Positions 10,170-19,656 of a stretch of 64,000 bases of DNA are shown one piece after another. Numbering within the stretch: the first letter of the stretch is position 1; each line of letters opens with the position of its first letter. The notes under the pieces are model-generated. The model was not told where the DNA came from, made no database searches, and saw only the letters and a program-made list of their open reading frames with translations. The translations under genes were made by a program, and so were the position numbers. Source of the DNA: Bacteroidota bacterium (GTDB lineage Bacteria; Bacteroidota; Bacteroidia; NS11-12g; UBA955); assembly GCA_030830065.1 (NCBI GenBank), contig JAURNR010000047.1:4613-68612 (forward strand), in the 5' to 3' direction.

Positions 10170-10643
10170 TTAAATTGAAATATCTATTATTTCTAATTTG
10201 ATTATCCCAGCTGGGACCTGAATTTCGCAAATATCACCCTTTGCCTTGCCTAAAAGGCCAGCACCAACCGCACTCTTTACAGATATTTTATTTTCTTTGA
10301 GATTTGCCTCTTTCTCTGACACCAACTGATAAACTGCTTCTTTTCCGGTATTGTGATTTTTCACTTGAACTTTGCAAAGTATGCTAGCCTTATCTGTGTT
10401 TAATTGAGAAGCATCTATTACACGAGCATTTGCTAAGGTATGTTCCATTAGAGCGATTTTATCTTCAAGATGACCTTGTGCTTCTTTTGCAGCGTCATAT
10501 TCTGCATTTTCACTTAAATCTCCCTTATCTCTCGCTTCTGCAATTGCCTGAACTATTTTTGGTCGTTCGATATGCTTTAAATCGTTCAACTTCTTTTTCA
10601 ATGTCTCCAAACCTTCTGGAGTAAAGTATTGAATATCACCCAT
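10170..10643 (-). CDS. greA: Transcription elongation factor GreA
   Basis: 157 aa; GDLSENAEYDAAKEAQ acidic finger motif; size and C-terminal FKBP-like domain. Confidence 0.9.
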   Translation of the reverse strand: MGDIQYFTPEGLETLKKKLNDLKHIERPKIVQAIAEARDKGDLSENAEYDAAKEAQGHLEDKIALMEHTLANARVIDASQLNTDKASILCKVQVKNHNTGKEAVYQLVSEKEANLKENKISVKSAVGAGLLGKAKGDICEIQVPAGIIKLEIIDISI

Positions 10644-10666
10644 AATTTTCGTTGTTAGTTTCTATC

Positions 10667-10700
10667 AAAAAAAAGTTGCATCAACCGCAGTTGATGCAAC
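10667..10700 (-). terminator. Rho-independent terminator closing the TBDR-cargo-PorV-like operon
   Basis: Perfect 11-bp inverted repeat GTTGCATCAAC-cgca-GTTGATGCAAC (10675-10700) preceded on the plus strand by A8 (10667-10674), i.e. hairpin then U8 on the minus-strand transcript. Confidence 0.65.
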
Positions 10701-10726
10701 ATTCTATTCAAATATAATAATTTTTT

Positions 10727-11839
10727 CTATTCAGCACTACCCAATCCGATGCGCACTCCAAAAGAATGAACACCGCTGAACGGGTTTGTTGCACGATAGT
10801 TGTAATCTAAAGAAATTACATTCTCATCATTAACATGCCAATCATAAGATAATCCTGCAAATGGACCAGTAAATGCCGAGGTTCTTGTATCTTCAGAGAA
10901 TATTCCTTCTTGATAACAAAATCCGCCTCTTACAGAAAGCATATCCTTGTAGGAATATTCTAGTGCTAGAGTAGACTGATTTGCTGAAAAAGCATGATTA
11001 GTGAAAGCAATACCAACAGTCAAACGATTGTCATACATATTGTCATCCCTATCTAGGCGAATATCATAAGATGCTCCAATGTTTAACAACGCCGGAAGTT
11101 TAATACCTGCTGTTTTAACTTGCATTGTTTTATCGAAATCACCATTTTGAATTACCGCCTTGTAACTCAAGCCATCACCACTAAAGGTCATATCTGGACC
11201 AATGTTCTTAACAGAAACTCCAAATTTGAAATCGTTTCTTTTACTCGCATTTCTACTTGGGAACAATGTAGTTGTGTATTGTACACCTGCGTCCAAAGCC
11301 ACCCCAGATACACTAGCATCAGGAATACCCTCAGATACCATTCTTGCCATTACACCTGCTGAAATAGAATTAGAAAAAGTTTTCGAATACGCTACACCAA
11401 TATTTGTCATATTCACTCGGTAAGTTCCAATTCCTCCGTGCGGATTTTCAACTGTGGTAATTTCAATTGGATCAATACCGAACTGCATTACTTGAATACC
11501 AAGAGAACCAGCATCGCCGTCTTCTCCTAATTTCAATGCCAAACCAAGATTATTGATTCCGATACCAGAACCCATTAACCATTCAGTTCTTGCGAATACT
11601 AATTCAGTTTTATTCGCCATTCTATCTAAGCCACCTACATTCATGAACATCGCTTCAGCACCATTAATACTTCCACCTGCTGTCCATCCTAAACCACCAG
11701 ATCTTGCCCAACCGTTGATTGTTAATTGTGCTGCACCCGCTTGACCCTGTCTTTCTGGGTTACCCGCTTTTAGTATATTAGAGTTAAGTCCAATACATGT
11801 AAGTGCTAAAGCAAAAATCAATTTATAATTTACGTTCAT
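10727..11839 (-). CDS. PorV/FadL-family outer-membrane beta-barrel (PorV-like T9SS shuttle protein paralog)
   Basis: 370 aa with signal peptide. N-terminal LTINGWARSGGLGWTAGGSINGAEAMFMNVGGL aligns to the PorV/FadL hallmark (L.I...ARSGGMGD.G.A.....A....NPA.L). Alternating amphipathic beta-strands. Sits 10 nt downstream of a T9SS CTD protein. Confidence 0.6.
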   Translation of the reverse strand: MNVNYKLIFALALTCIGLNSNILKAGNPERQGQAGAAQLTINGWARSGGLGWTAGGSINGAEAMFMNVGGLDRMANKTELVFARTEWLMGSGIGINNLGLALKLGEDGDAGSLGIQVMQFGIDPIEITTVENPHGGIGTYRVNMTNIGVAYSKTFSNSISAGVMARMVSEGIPDASVSGVALDAGVQYTTTLFPSRNASKRNDFKFGVSVKNIGPDMTFSGDGLSYKAVIQNGDFDKTMQVKTAGIKLPALLNIGASYDIRLDRDDNMYDNRLTVGIAFTNHAFSANQSTLALEYSYKDMLSVRGGFCYQEGIFSEDTRTSAFTGPFAGLSYDWHVNDENVISLDYNYRATNPFSGVHSFGVRIGLGSAE

Positions 11840-11849
11840 CTTTTTTCTA

Positions 11850-14800
11850 TTAATATGTATCTAAATCAACGGCATGCATTATTCCATACCAACGAATAAT
11901 TTTTTCTCCTAATCTTGGTGCGTTAACGTGAATCAAGTATAACCCACTAGCAATTGGCACATTACTACTATTCTTCAAATCCCACTCATAATATGTCAAA
12001 TCATCCGCTTTATTCACAGTGCGAATTAGATTACCTGCCATATCAAAAATGCGTATCTTACATTCTGGAGGGAGGTTGGTAATTTTTACACGGGAATCAA
12101 TAGGACTATTTTCATATTCACTATATCCACGATACGGATTAGGCACAATATTTACTAAATCTAAACTCTTAGTACCCACTTCGTCAGAGATTTTTGGAGC
12201 AATTGATGCACCATCGAACTCATACATTGGACGATCATCATTTCTATCGTCGCCGGTTGCGAAAGTCGTATATGCTTTTTGCACATGCACTTTGAATTTC
12301 ACCTCTGTAGGAGGAATCCCATTGTCCATATTGTAACCTGGGGCCAGGTATGTAGGAATAACCCAAGTTACTGTAGACATTAAACGAATCTTATTAAGAT
12401 TGGTTAATGCAGGTGATGTAAGTGCATTTTTAAATCGGTCGAAATTAGCTTCATCTGGACCTAAATAACGCTCTCCAGAAATATTTCGTGTCAAACCGTG
12501 GTTACCTGTTCCAAAAATGTATAAGAAATGTTTACCACCTATCGCAGGGTAAGATCCATTATCGTTATAAACCGTCGAAGTAGGATTCCAAATCATATCC
12601 CGACCGTTTTCACCGGTTAGATAACTGTCTTCCCCAAAGGCAATTTGCATACGCTCACCAGTTTCAAGATTAATTACATATCCTGGGAACCAGCTCAAGC
12701 CTTTACTTCCAGGTATATCGTTAAAGTCAATATCTTTAGAAGCTGCATCACGCATATTGAATTTCCAGATATTTCCCTCATTACCATTCTTAACCTCGTC
12801 ATCAGACATCTCTAATACCGGACAACGGGTCCACTTCGATTTATCTGGGGTGATAACCAATTCAAAACTATGTAATTCAGAAAGTGGATTTTGCAAGTGA
12901 GTAGCATTACCTGACCAAGCAAAACCAAATGTATTTCTACCATTTGCAGCACTGTACTTTTCACGAGCAGCCAATCCATAAGGCGCGATACGCCCGTTCC
13001 AGATTTTCTCATAAGATTGCCCTGGGTCTAAAGGTGCTCCATCAGTACCCATAAAGTCATGAAGATAACCATCAAAGGTAGCCCCTCTTCCATTGCTCCC
13101 AGAACGAATCCAATTTAGCCAAACACTACCAGAAGTAGGTGTACTTTGTGCATCATTATCCGCAATTGCAGTAAGCCATTGTCTTCCATTATCTTCCCAT
13201 TCTACGGTCCAATCCAACAATCCATTTTGTGGGTCTGCAGCAGAATTTTCGGAAGGGTTGTATACCTGATTAATTTCAACGCTTAAACCCCAATCAGATA
13301 AATTGTCCTTGGTTGCATTGTACTCACTTGGAATACCCTGTACGCTTTCAAAAGGTTGACCAATTGTAGTGTCAGAATATATAGTATCATTTCCATTATC
13401 GCCCTTGCGTACAAGAATCCAATCTGTGTTACGCGTCATTGAATCACGCAAACCAATTGAATTAGATGGTGTGCGCTCTTTGAAGATAAGTTCAAATTTA
13501 TCTATAGGAACTTTCAATGGATCAACTACCTTCACGTTAACCGGACCAAATCCGCCCATGTATGTAGGCTGAGTAACAAAATTTGTAGCTAGAATTTCTT
13601 TTACAGTTTCCTCTGTAAACTCGAGCGACATTCCTCCATTTCCACGACCTGAAATTCTCTTTAAAACGGGGCCACTTCCATAGGTAGAATTCAGTTCTGT
13701 TCCGAAATTCTCAGAATCTGTTTTATGAGGGGTAGCACGGTAAACTTGAATATTTCTACGACCCGCTAAAAACTGGTTTGGATCAATCTGCAAAGTATCG
13801 TCTGAAAGTACGGCATAACTCAAAATCATGTAGTAATAATTCTTGTAATCTACAAGAGATGTATTTGCTGACGTTGCAAAAAGGTCATTCTTGATACTAA
13901 AAGTATGTTGAACACCTTTGTCCGCTCCATCTACTTTTTCAACTGGTATCATTTGAGATAACTTTGGATCAAACACTTGATTTACTATTTGTCCTCGATT
14001 ATTTTGTACGTCACACTGGAATAACAAACGCGCCTTATCAATATTATCAAGATCAGAAGTATTTACCGTAGCATCTTTTAATTGATAAACTAAGTAACCT
14101 TCAAACTTATATGTTAACTCTTCGTTATTTGCATTCTTATACTTCTCTGTATAATTTTCAACTTTTGTAGAATTTGTATTCAAGAATTTCAAAACTAATT
14201 CTTGCTCTAATTCCTGTATTTCAACATCTGGAGCATCAGGCCCATCAAGAATTTTGAAATTATTGTTAAACAGAGTTTGTGCTTTATCCGAAGCAAGTTT
14301 TAATAGATCTAATGACCCAGTAGCACCACCACTTGTAGTTCTCGCCCATACAACACCTACGGTAATTCTTTGAACTTGACCAGGACGCAATAAGAAAGGA
14401 CCTGTAGATTGCAAGAAACGACGGTCACCAGGACGATTTCCCGAAGATTTCTCATCCCAACAACGACCAGCAAATTCAGGATCCGTACAACCAGGATACA
14501 TATAATTTGAAATTTCGCTTCCGCCAAATCCATTACCTCCCCAAGTCACATTTTGTCCACCTTTCCATTTACCTCTCAAGTAGTTATAAAATGAATTAGG
14601 ATTACCTCTATCAGGGTTACCGTTAATAGGATTTGCATCATTATTGTAATACATAAAGTGGCTCATCCCCATTTGATTACCAGCAGTATCTGTTGGACCC
14701 TCAAAATAATCAACACCTATAGTTGGAGGATTTAAACCATAGCCTAAAACACCTTCATCATCATCGTCACCATTGTAACAAAAACCTAAACTTCTTCCCA

Positions 14801-15743
14801 CATCACAACCCACGTAGTCATCTGCGTAATTACCTAGGTCAGCATCAACCCATTGACCCATGTAACAGTCATTAAGGGTTGTAAAACCTCTGTTGATGAT
14901 CTTGGTTGAATAAAAGGTCATATTATTCACTTCATCGTTGGTCGCAAACGCAAAGGCAGTAGTTTGACACTCCACACCAATTGGTTGACCCGAACTTTCA
15001 GAGTGAATATTTCCTTTATCGTTGTATACCCACCAAATGAACATATCCGGCTGACGATTAACTCCATTTTCAGCATTTGGACGTCTTTCATCTAAAACTG
15101 GATGCTCACCATCAAAAGGGTTATAAATTCCATCAGGAACAATTTCTTTATATGGAGCTAGGTAATTAGCTTCGGGCCCTAATCCTACCGAACGATTACT
15201 TCCCGCAGGCCAGTCACGAATACCAATACTTTGAGTTAAAAATTTAGACTCTTCAAATTCCTCTAATTCATCACGCGTAACTTTCCACATACGATCATAA
15301 GACTCACAACGCAATGGTTCAGTCGCTGCTGTAGTAGTATCCAAAGGACCAGGCCAAAAGTCAGAACCAAACTGTCGATAAGTCATTGCAGCTAACTTCA
15401 GGTTACCTCCGTTATCTTTACCACCTATCCAAATGGCACCTGCAAACAATGAGTGTTTTCTGACAGCGTTTGGATCATTAATTTTAGGAATTTCATATTT
15501 AGGATTATTTAAATCCCACCACATATCGCCTCCGTTCAACAACTTTGTTCTCACGTTGTTAATGTCTAAGTCTACCGATTGTGACGCTGGGTTACATGTG
15601 CTTGCAAATGCACCTGCTCTCTTATTCACACTATTCGACTTCGACGAAGATCGTCCCTGTATATTAACCACAGGACGTGCTGCCACCATGGATACCAGGG
15701 CGATACTTGCAGCTAATATTCCGAATTTTTTCGTCATTTTCAT
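11850..15743 (-). CDS. Large (1297 aa) secreted protein with T9SS type A C-terminal domain; synteny with the PorV-like gene makes a PorU-like protein possible
   Basis: Signal peptide MKMTKKFGILAASIALVSMVAA. C-terminal LVNIVPNPYRGYSEYENSPIDSRVKITNLPPECKIRIFDMAGNLIRTVNKADD...ASGLYLIHVNAP fits the Por_Secre_tail pattern, followed by a ~20-aa extension (RLGEKIIRWYGIMHAVDLDTY). Acidic Cys-containing core (DDYVGCDVGRSLGFCYNGDDDDEG). Confidence 0.7.
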   Translation of the reverse strand: MKMTKKFGILAASIALVSMVAARPVVNIQGRSSSKSNSVNKRAGAFASTCNPASQSVDLDINNVRTKLLNGGDMWWDLNNPKYEIPKINDPNAVRKHSLFAGAIWIGGKDNGGNLKLAAMTYRQFGSDFWPGPLDTTTAATEPLRCESYDRMWKVTRDELEEFEESKFLTQSIGIRDWPAGSNRSVGLGPEANYLAPYKEIVPDGIYNPFDGEHPVLDERRPNAENGVNRQPDMFIWWVYNDKGNIHSESSGQPIGVECQTTAFAFATNDEVNNMTFYSTKIINRGFTTLNDCYMGQWVDADLGNYADDYVGCDVGRSLGFCYNGDDDDEGVLGYGLNPPTIGVDYFEGPTDTAGNQMGMSHFMYYNNDANPINGNPDRGNPNSFYNYLRGKWKGGQNVTWGGNGFGGSEISNYMYPGCTDPEFAGRCWDEKSSGNRPGDRRFLQSTGPFLLRPGQVQRITVGVVWARTTSGGATGSLDLLKLASDKAQTLFNNNFKILDGPDAPDVEIQELEQELVLKFLNTNSTKVENYTEKYKNANNEELTYKFEGYLVYQLKDATVNTSDLDNIDKARLLFQCDVQNNRGQIVNQVFDPKLSQMIPVEKVDGADKGVQHTFSIKNDLFATSANTSLVDYKNYYYMILSYAVLSDDTLQIDPNQFLAGRRNIQVYRATPHKTDSENFGTELNSTYGSGPVLKRISGRGNGGMSLEFTEETVKEILATNFVTQPTYMGGFGPVNVKVVDPLKVPIDKFELIFKERTPSNSIGLRDSMTRNTDWILVRKGDNGNDTIYSDTTIGQPFESVQGIPSEYNATKDNLSDWGLSVEINQVYNPSENSAADPQNGLLDWTVEWEDNGRQWLTAIADNDAQSTPTSGSVWLNWIRSGSNGRGATFDGYLHDFMGTDGAPLDPGQSYEKIWNGRIAPYGLAAREKYSAANGRNTFGFAWSGNATHLQNPLSELHSFELVITPDKSKWTRCPVLEMSDDEVKNGNEGNIWKFNMRDAASKDIDFNDIPGSKGLSWFPGYVINLETGERMQIAFGEDSYLTGENGRDMIWNPTSTVYNDNGSYPAIGGKHFLYIFGTGNHGLTRNISGERYLGPDEANFDRFKNALTSPALTNLNKIRLMSTVTWVIPTYLAPGYNMDNGIPPTEVKFKVHVQKAYTTFATGDDRNDDRPMYEFDGASIAPKISDEVGTKSLDLVNIVPNPYRGYSEYENSPIDSRVKITNLPPECKIRIFDMAGNLIRTVNKADDLTYYEWDLKNSSNVPIASGLYLIHVNAPRLGEKIIRWYGIMHAVDLDTY

Positions 15744-15753
15744 TAATTCTTTT

Positions 15754-18700
15754 TTAGTTCAAACTGAAACGGATTCCCAAACGGATGGTACGTGGTCTAT
15801 TCCAGTTACCTGTTTGAGAGTTTAACAATAAGCGGTATAAGTCGGTATAACTTTGTGCATCCACTTGATTTCTTATCAATAGCTGACCTTGCGGTGACGT
15901 TAAGAAACCATCATCATTAGGTTGACCAGTGTAAGGGAATACTCCAGTAACATTCCAAGTATTAAGTAGGTTATTAACCCAAAGGAATGCCGCAAAACGC
16001 AATGGATTTTTTGAATCACCACGATTAAGCTGGAATGATTTAGTTAAGTTAAAGTCAAAGTTATACTGCCATGGCAAACGTGCTCCAAATGGAACACCCT
16101 TAATCTGCGCACGGTCAACAGCACCAATTTGCACAGGTCTTACTGTTGGAGTATATGGACCACCGCTATATGTATTGGCAATAATGTTGATACTAGTATT
16201 TTTCAAAACTTCCTTACCGAACAGAATAGGTCCTTTGTATAGATTTCTGCGATTTCTATCACGTCCTCCGGCCCAAGCCCAAGTTGCAGACAACTTGATG
16301 TTGTGGCGAATATCCAAATCACCCAAAGGAATTACAGTTCTCAAATTTGGCTGGTTAGAAGCGATTAACGCTGCCTGAGAGTTGATGTTTGATCCAGTAC
16401 CATCAGCAAACTGCAACATATAACTCGCAGAAAGAGTCATCGGACCAATATCTCTCATTACAAAATTTCCACGGAATCCTGTAATTGTTGCGAAATCAAT
16501 ATTTCTGTATGTTGAATATGTAACAGGATATCCCTGATTGATTTGATAGAGTCCAAAATCATTTCTTATTTCTGAATAGGACGCCGCTAACTCCAGTCCT
16601 TTATCATTTCTTCTACCAAAAATTTGTTTAAATCCTACTTCATAATCCGTCTTCAAACGAGAATTTAATGAACCGTTTGCTAAAGTAGAACCCTGTCTAA
16701 ACTTCAAAAAGTAAACATCGTCAATAGAAACAAACGACGCTCCAGCGTTTGGACGCTGTGCTAAAACATCGTAACTAACGTAGAATGACTTTCTCTTGTC
16801 GAGAGGAAATGAGAACCAGACACGAGGTAACAAGTTTACTATTGGAGTATAGTCCATGAAGGTAGCTTCAGTTACTTCTTGAGTATCTGTTCTGTATAAG
16901 TATGGTGCAATACGTCCATTTACTGTTTTGTTCGCCAAGAACTCAGGGTTTCTTTGTTCCGAACCGTCGGCATTAAACCACTTATCTCCCATACGGTATC
17001 CTACGATTTGAGTAGGAGATTCCATATCGTTCACATAAACTTTTGCATCCTCAGCAATATTGGAAGGGTGATTAATTGGTAAACCATTAATCTCACCAAC
17101 TTCAGCTGCTGTTTTAATTGGATATAATGAATATGGATCTGCCAACACAATTTGGTTTGCATCGTAACGTTCCATACGAAGTCCTAGACGGAAGATCAAG
17201 TCTTTAAATTGGAACTGGTCTTGTAACCAAGCAGCAATATAAATTGGTTGGAAAGCACCGATTGTGCGCTTATCTGGATCATTCAAGAATTCAGAAATAG
17301 AAGGTTTTCCTTTTACCTTATTTCCTAAATGATCATATCCAAAGTAATTAACATATCCATTACCATTGTTCAATAACTCATTCGCATTGAACATGTCTAA
17401 ACTAAAATCTCCAGGTTTATAGCTGTTGATATCTACAAACGTTCTTTCATCAATAGCTTTGCCATAAACATCAGTGGCTCCTTGAGAAATTAATTTATTT
17501 CTAAAATTGCGATCAAAAGTAGATTGCTCTTCATAATTCACCAATCTATTATAGCGGATTGTATCAGTAAATACTCCATTTTCATCATACGATAAAATAG
17601 GATTTTCGATATCCAATTCACCGATATGTTTATTCATTAACTGACGCATTAAGATCCATAAACCGTTTGCGTTTAAACCATAACCTCTATTAATATTTTG
17701 CTCATAATAAAAACCAGCTTGCAAATCATGAGGAGTACGCTGTCTGCCACCTTGTGTTTTTGGCTTAACTTGCATCTGACCCAAAGCAAATAATGAATAT
17801 TTTTCAGATTGGTTCCTACTCCATCCACCAACGGTTGTTCCAGGAGTAGACCAAAGCGAATAAACGTTTACAGGGTTGTAACCGTTCAATAAACCTTGGC
17901 TAGCTAGAACTGTCAAAGGGTTTGTGATTTTTGCACCTCTTTGGGTGTAAAAATCGTATACATTTGAGGTGTATCTTGCACGAACAGGATTCAAGTCGCT
18001 CGCCTGGTAATCTAACAGAGTATCCATGTAACCTATATGCTCCCAATAGTTACTTAACTGAACATAGTTTCCAAACTGATCACGAACAACTCTTGGGTCC
18101 TTGTTTGGATTTTGTTGTGCATCTGTGTGGGAGTATGCAAATACTTCCGTTGGATAAGCTGTAAATGACCCTACATATCCATAATTAAAAACATCATCTA
18201 AATGATCTGCATTTCTTGAGAAAGACCAAGCATTTTGATATTCTGCACGAACAGTGTAGAATGCAGATTTAATATTACTACGCTTGTCGACTTTAAAATT
18301 CTGACGGAACTGAAGATAAGATCTGAAAGTATGGTTATCGATTCTTGCAGTATTCGCAAAGTTTAAAATATTATTTGTTACGCTTCTTCCTCCGCCATAA
18401 AAGTAAGATGCAAAAGCTGTAAGCGATATATATTTATTGGGATTAAACTCTAGTTTTCCAATGAAGTTTGAGTTAAACTGTTGTGAGTTTGGGCGAGCTG
18501 CAATATTTTGGAAATCAGACTCTCGTAAGAAAGAAGCAGAATGCACGAAACCATTTGGAGTAATGGTCAACGGATTTTGCTCAATCTCCGACATTTTCTC
18601 ATCATTTAACACATAAACACCTGTACGTGTGGGTGAAGGATCGTAGTAATAACCAACGTTTCCGTTTAACGTAAAACCTAGCTTTACGAGCTTATCGGTT

Positions 18701-19500
18701 GTTCCATTGGCATTTTTCTTTTTTTGAACCCACAATGGCCCCGAAACAAATCCTTCCAATGTACTGTATCCATAAGGATCTAAAAACTGGGAAGTTATTC
18801 CTTCAAAGATTGAAATATATTTATCTGTCGCACTCTTGGATGTGTAGGAAAATGCTCCACCCGTTAAGTCACCATACATGGCTGGAATACCACCGATATT
18901 TACAGATAGCTGATCCACTCCTAAAGATGGAATAGCACCACTACCGATTACACGCATACCATCAACGAATGTACCATTACCGTCTGAACGCGTTCCTCTA
19001 ACGGAAATACCTTGACGTGATTCAACAATTGCAGAGTTCGTGGAGGTTAATGCACCCATACCACGCCTTCCACTATTTATCATCTGCTTTCCGTCAATCG
19101 AAGCCTCATTTTGCTCCATTTGAATAACCTTTTTCGATGCTTTAGTGGAAATCACAACCGCCGTCATTGAGGAAGTCATGTTTACAGTCTTAGGTTCATT
19201 CAATCCTGCACGTAGCGTTAAATCCGTAATTTTCTGGGTTGAAAATCCGTCTTTTGATGCTTCCATGTCATAAGTACCAGGGTTTAAGGTTTGGAAAATT
19301 ACATTTCCATCCATGTCTGTAGTATCATATGCTTTTTTGATACCGTTTAAATACATGTTAACCATTACCCCACTCATGCGTTTACCATCACCGTCTAAAG
19401 CGGTCACCCGAAAATCCGCAAAGTTGGTCTGAGCAAATGTAATTGCTGAAAACATTCCAGCAATTACCAAGAGCGACCATTTCAGTAGTTTATCTCTCAT
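15754..19500 (-). CDS. TonB-dependent-receptor-like outer-membrane protein with N-terminal carboxypeptidase-regulatory-like domain and plug (1248 aa)
   Basis: Signal peptide. CarboxypepD_reg-like GVMVNMYLNGIKKAYDTTDMDGNVIFQTLNPGTYDMEASKDGF. Plug-like ISVRGTRSDGNGTFVDGMRV...IPAMYGDLTGGAFSYTSKS. Long beta-rich C-terminal region. No SusD-like partner follows. Confidence 0.7.
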   Translation of the reverse strand: MRDKLLKWSLLVIAGMFSAITFAQTNFADFRVTALDGDGKRMSGVMVNMYLNGIKKAYDTTDMDGNVIFQTLNPGTYDMEASKDGFSTQKITDLTLRAGLNEPKTVNMTSSMTAVVISTKASKKVIQMEQNEASIDGKQMINSGRRGMGALTSTNSAIVESRQGISVRGTRSDGNGTFVDGMRVIGSGAIPSLGVDQLSVNIGGIPAMYGDLTGGAFSYTSKSATDKYISIFEGITSQFLDPYGYSTLEGFVSGPLWVQKKKNANGTTDKLVKLGFTLNGNVGYYYDPSPTRTGVYVLNDEKMSEIEQNPLTITPNGFVHSASFLRESDFQNIAARPNSQQFNSNFIGKLEFNPNKYISLTAFASYFYGGGRSVTNNILNFANTARIDNHTFRSYLQFRQNFKVDKRSNIKSAFYTVRAEYQNAWSFSRNADHLDDVFNYGYVGSFTAYPTEVFAYSHTDAQQNPNKDPRVVRDQFGNYVQLSNYWEHIGYMDTLLDYQASDLNPVRARYTSNVYDFYTQRGAKITNPLTVLASQGLLNGYNPVNVYSLWSTPGTTVGGWSRNQSEKYSLFALGQMQVKPKTQGGRQRTPHDLQAGFYYEQNINRGYGLNANGLWILMRQLMNKHIGELDIENPILSYDENGVFTDTIRYNRLVNYEEQSTFDRNFRNKLISQGATDVYGKAIDERTFVDINSYKPGDFSLDMFNANELLNNGNGYVNYFGYDHLGNKVKGKPSISEFLNDPDKRTIGAFQPIYIAAWLQDQFQFKDLIFRLGLRMERYDANQIVLADPYSLYPIKTAAEVGEINGLPINHPSNIAEDAKVYVNDMESPTQIVGYRMGDKWFNADGSEQRNPEFLANKTVNGRIAPYLYRTDTQEVTEATFMDYTPIVNLLPRVWFSFPLDKRKSFYVSYDVLAQRPNAGASFVSIDDVYFLKFRQGSTLANGSLNSRLKTDYEVGFKQIFGRRNDKGLELAASYSEIRNDFGLYQINQGYPVTYSTYRNIDFATITGFRGNFVMRDIGPMTLSASYMLQFADGTGSNINSQAALIASNQPNLRTVIPLGDLDIRHNIKLSATWAWAGGRDRNRRNLYKGPILFGKEVLKNTSINIIANTYSGGPYTPTVRPVQIGAVDRAQIKGVPFGARLPWQYNFDFNLTKSFQLNRGDSKNPLRFAAFLWVNNLLNTWNVTGVFPYTGQPNDDGFLTSPQGQLLIRNQVDAQSYTDLYRLLLNSQTGNWNRPRTIRLGIRFSLN

Positions 19501-19656
19501 ATTATTTATCCAAATGAACTTTTCAGGATGGAATTTGCATTACACCCTTTAAACGGCAAGTTTATCGAAAAATCAAGGATTTAGCAAGTTTATTTTCGCC
19601 TTTTATCGAGCGACTTGACCACAGCCTATACACTGCAATTATAAAATCAAAGGGAA

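Noticed and set aside
19501-19656. Possible tRNA or small RNA in the larger intergenic regions (19501-19656, 26785-26905, 29134-29319, 49410-49592, 63666-63884)
   Set aside because: No GTTCGAATC-type T-loop, no acceptor-stem/CCA-compatible pairing and no cloverleaf-like inverted repeats by eye; these read as AT-rich promoter regions with TAnnTTTG-like -7 elements.
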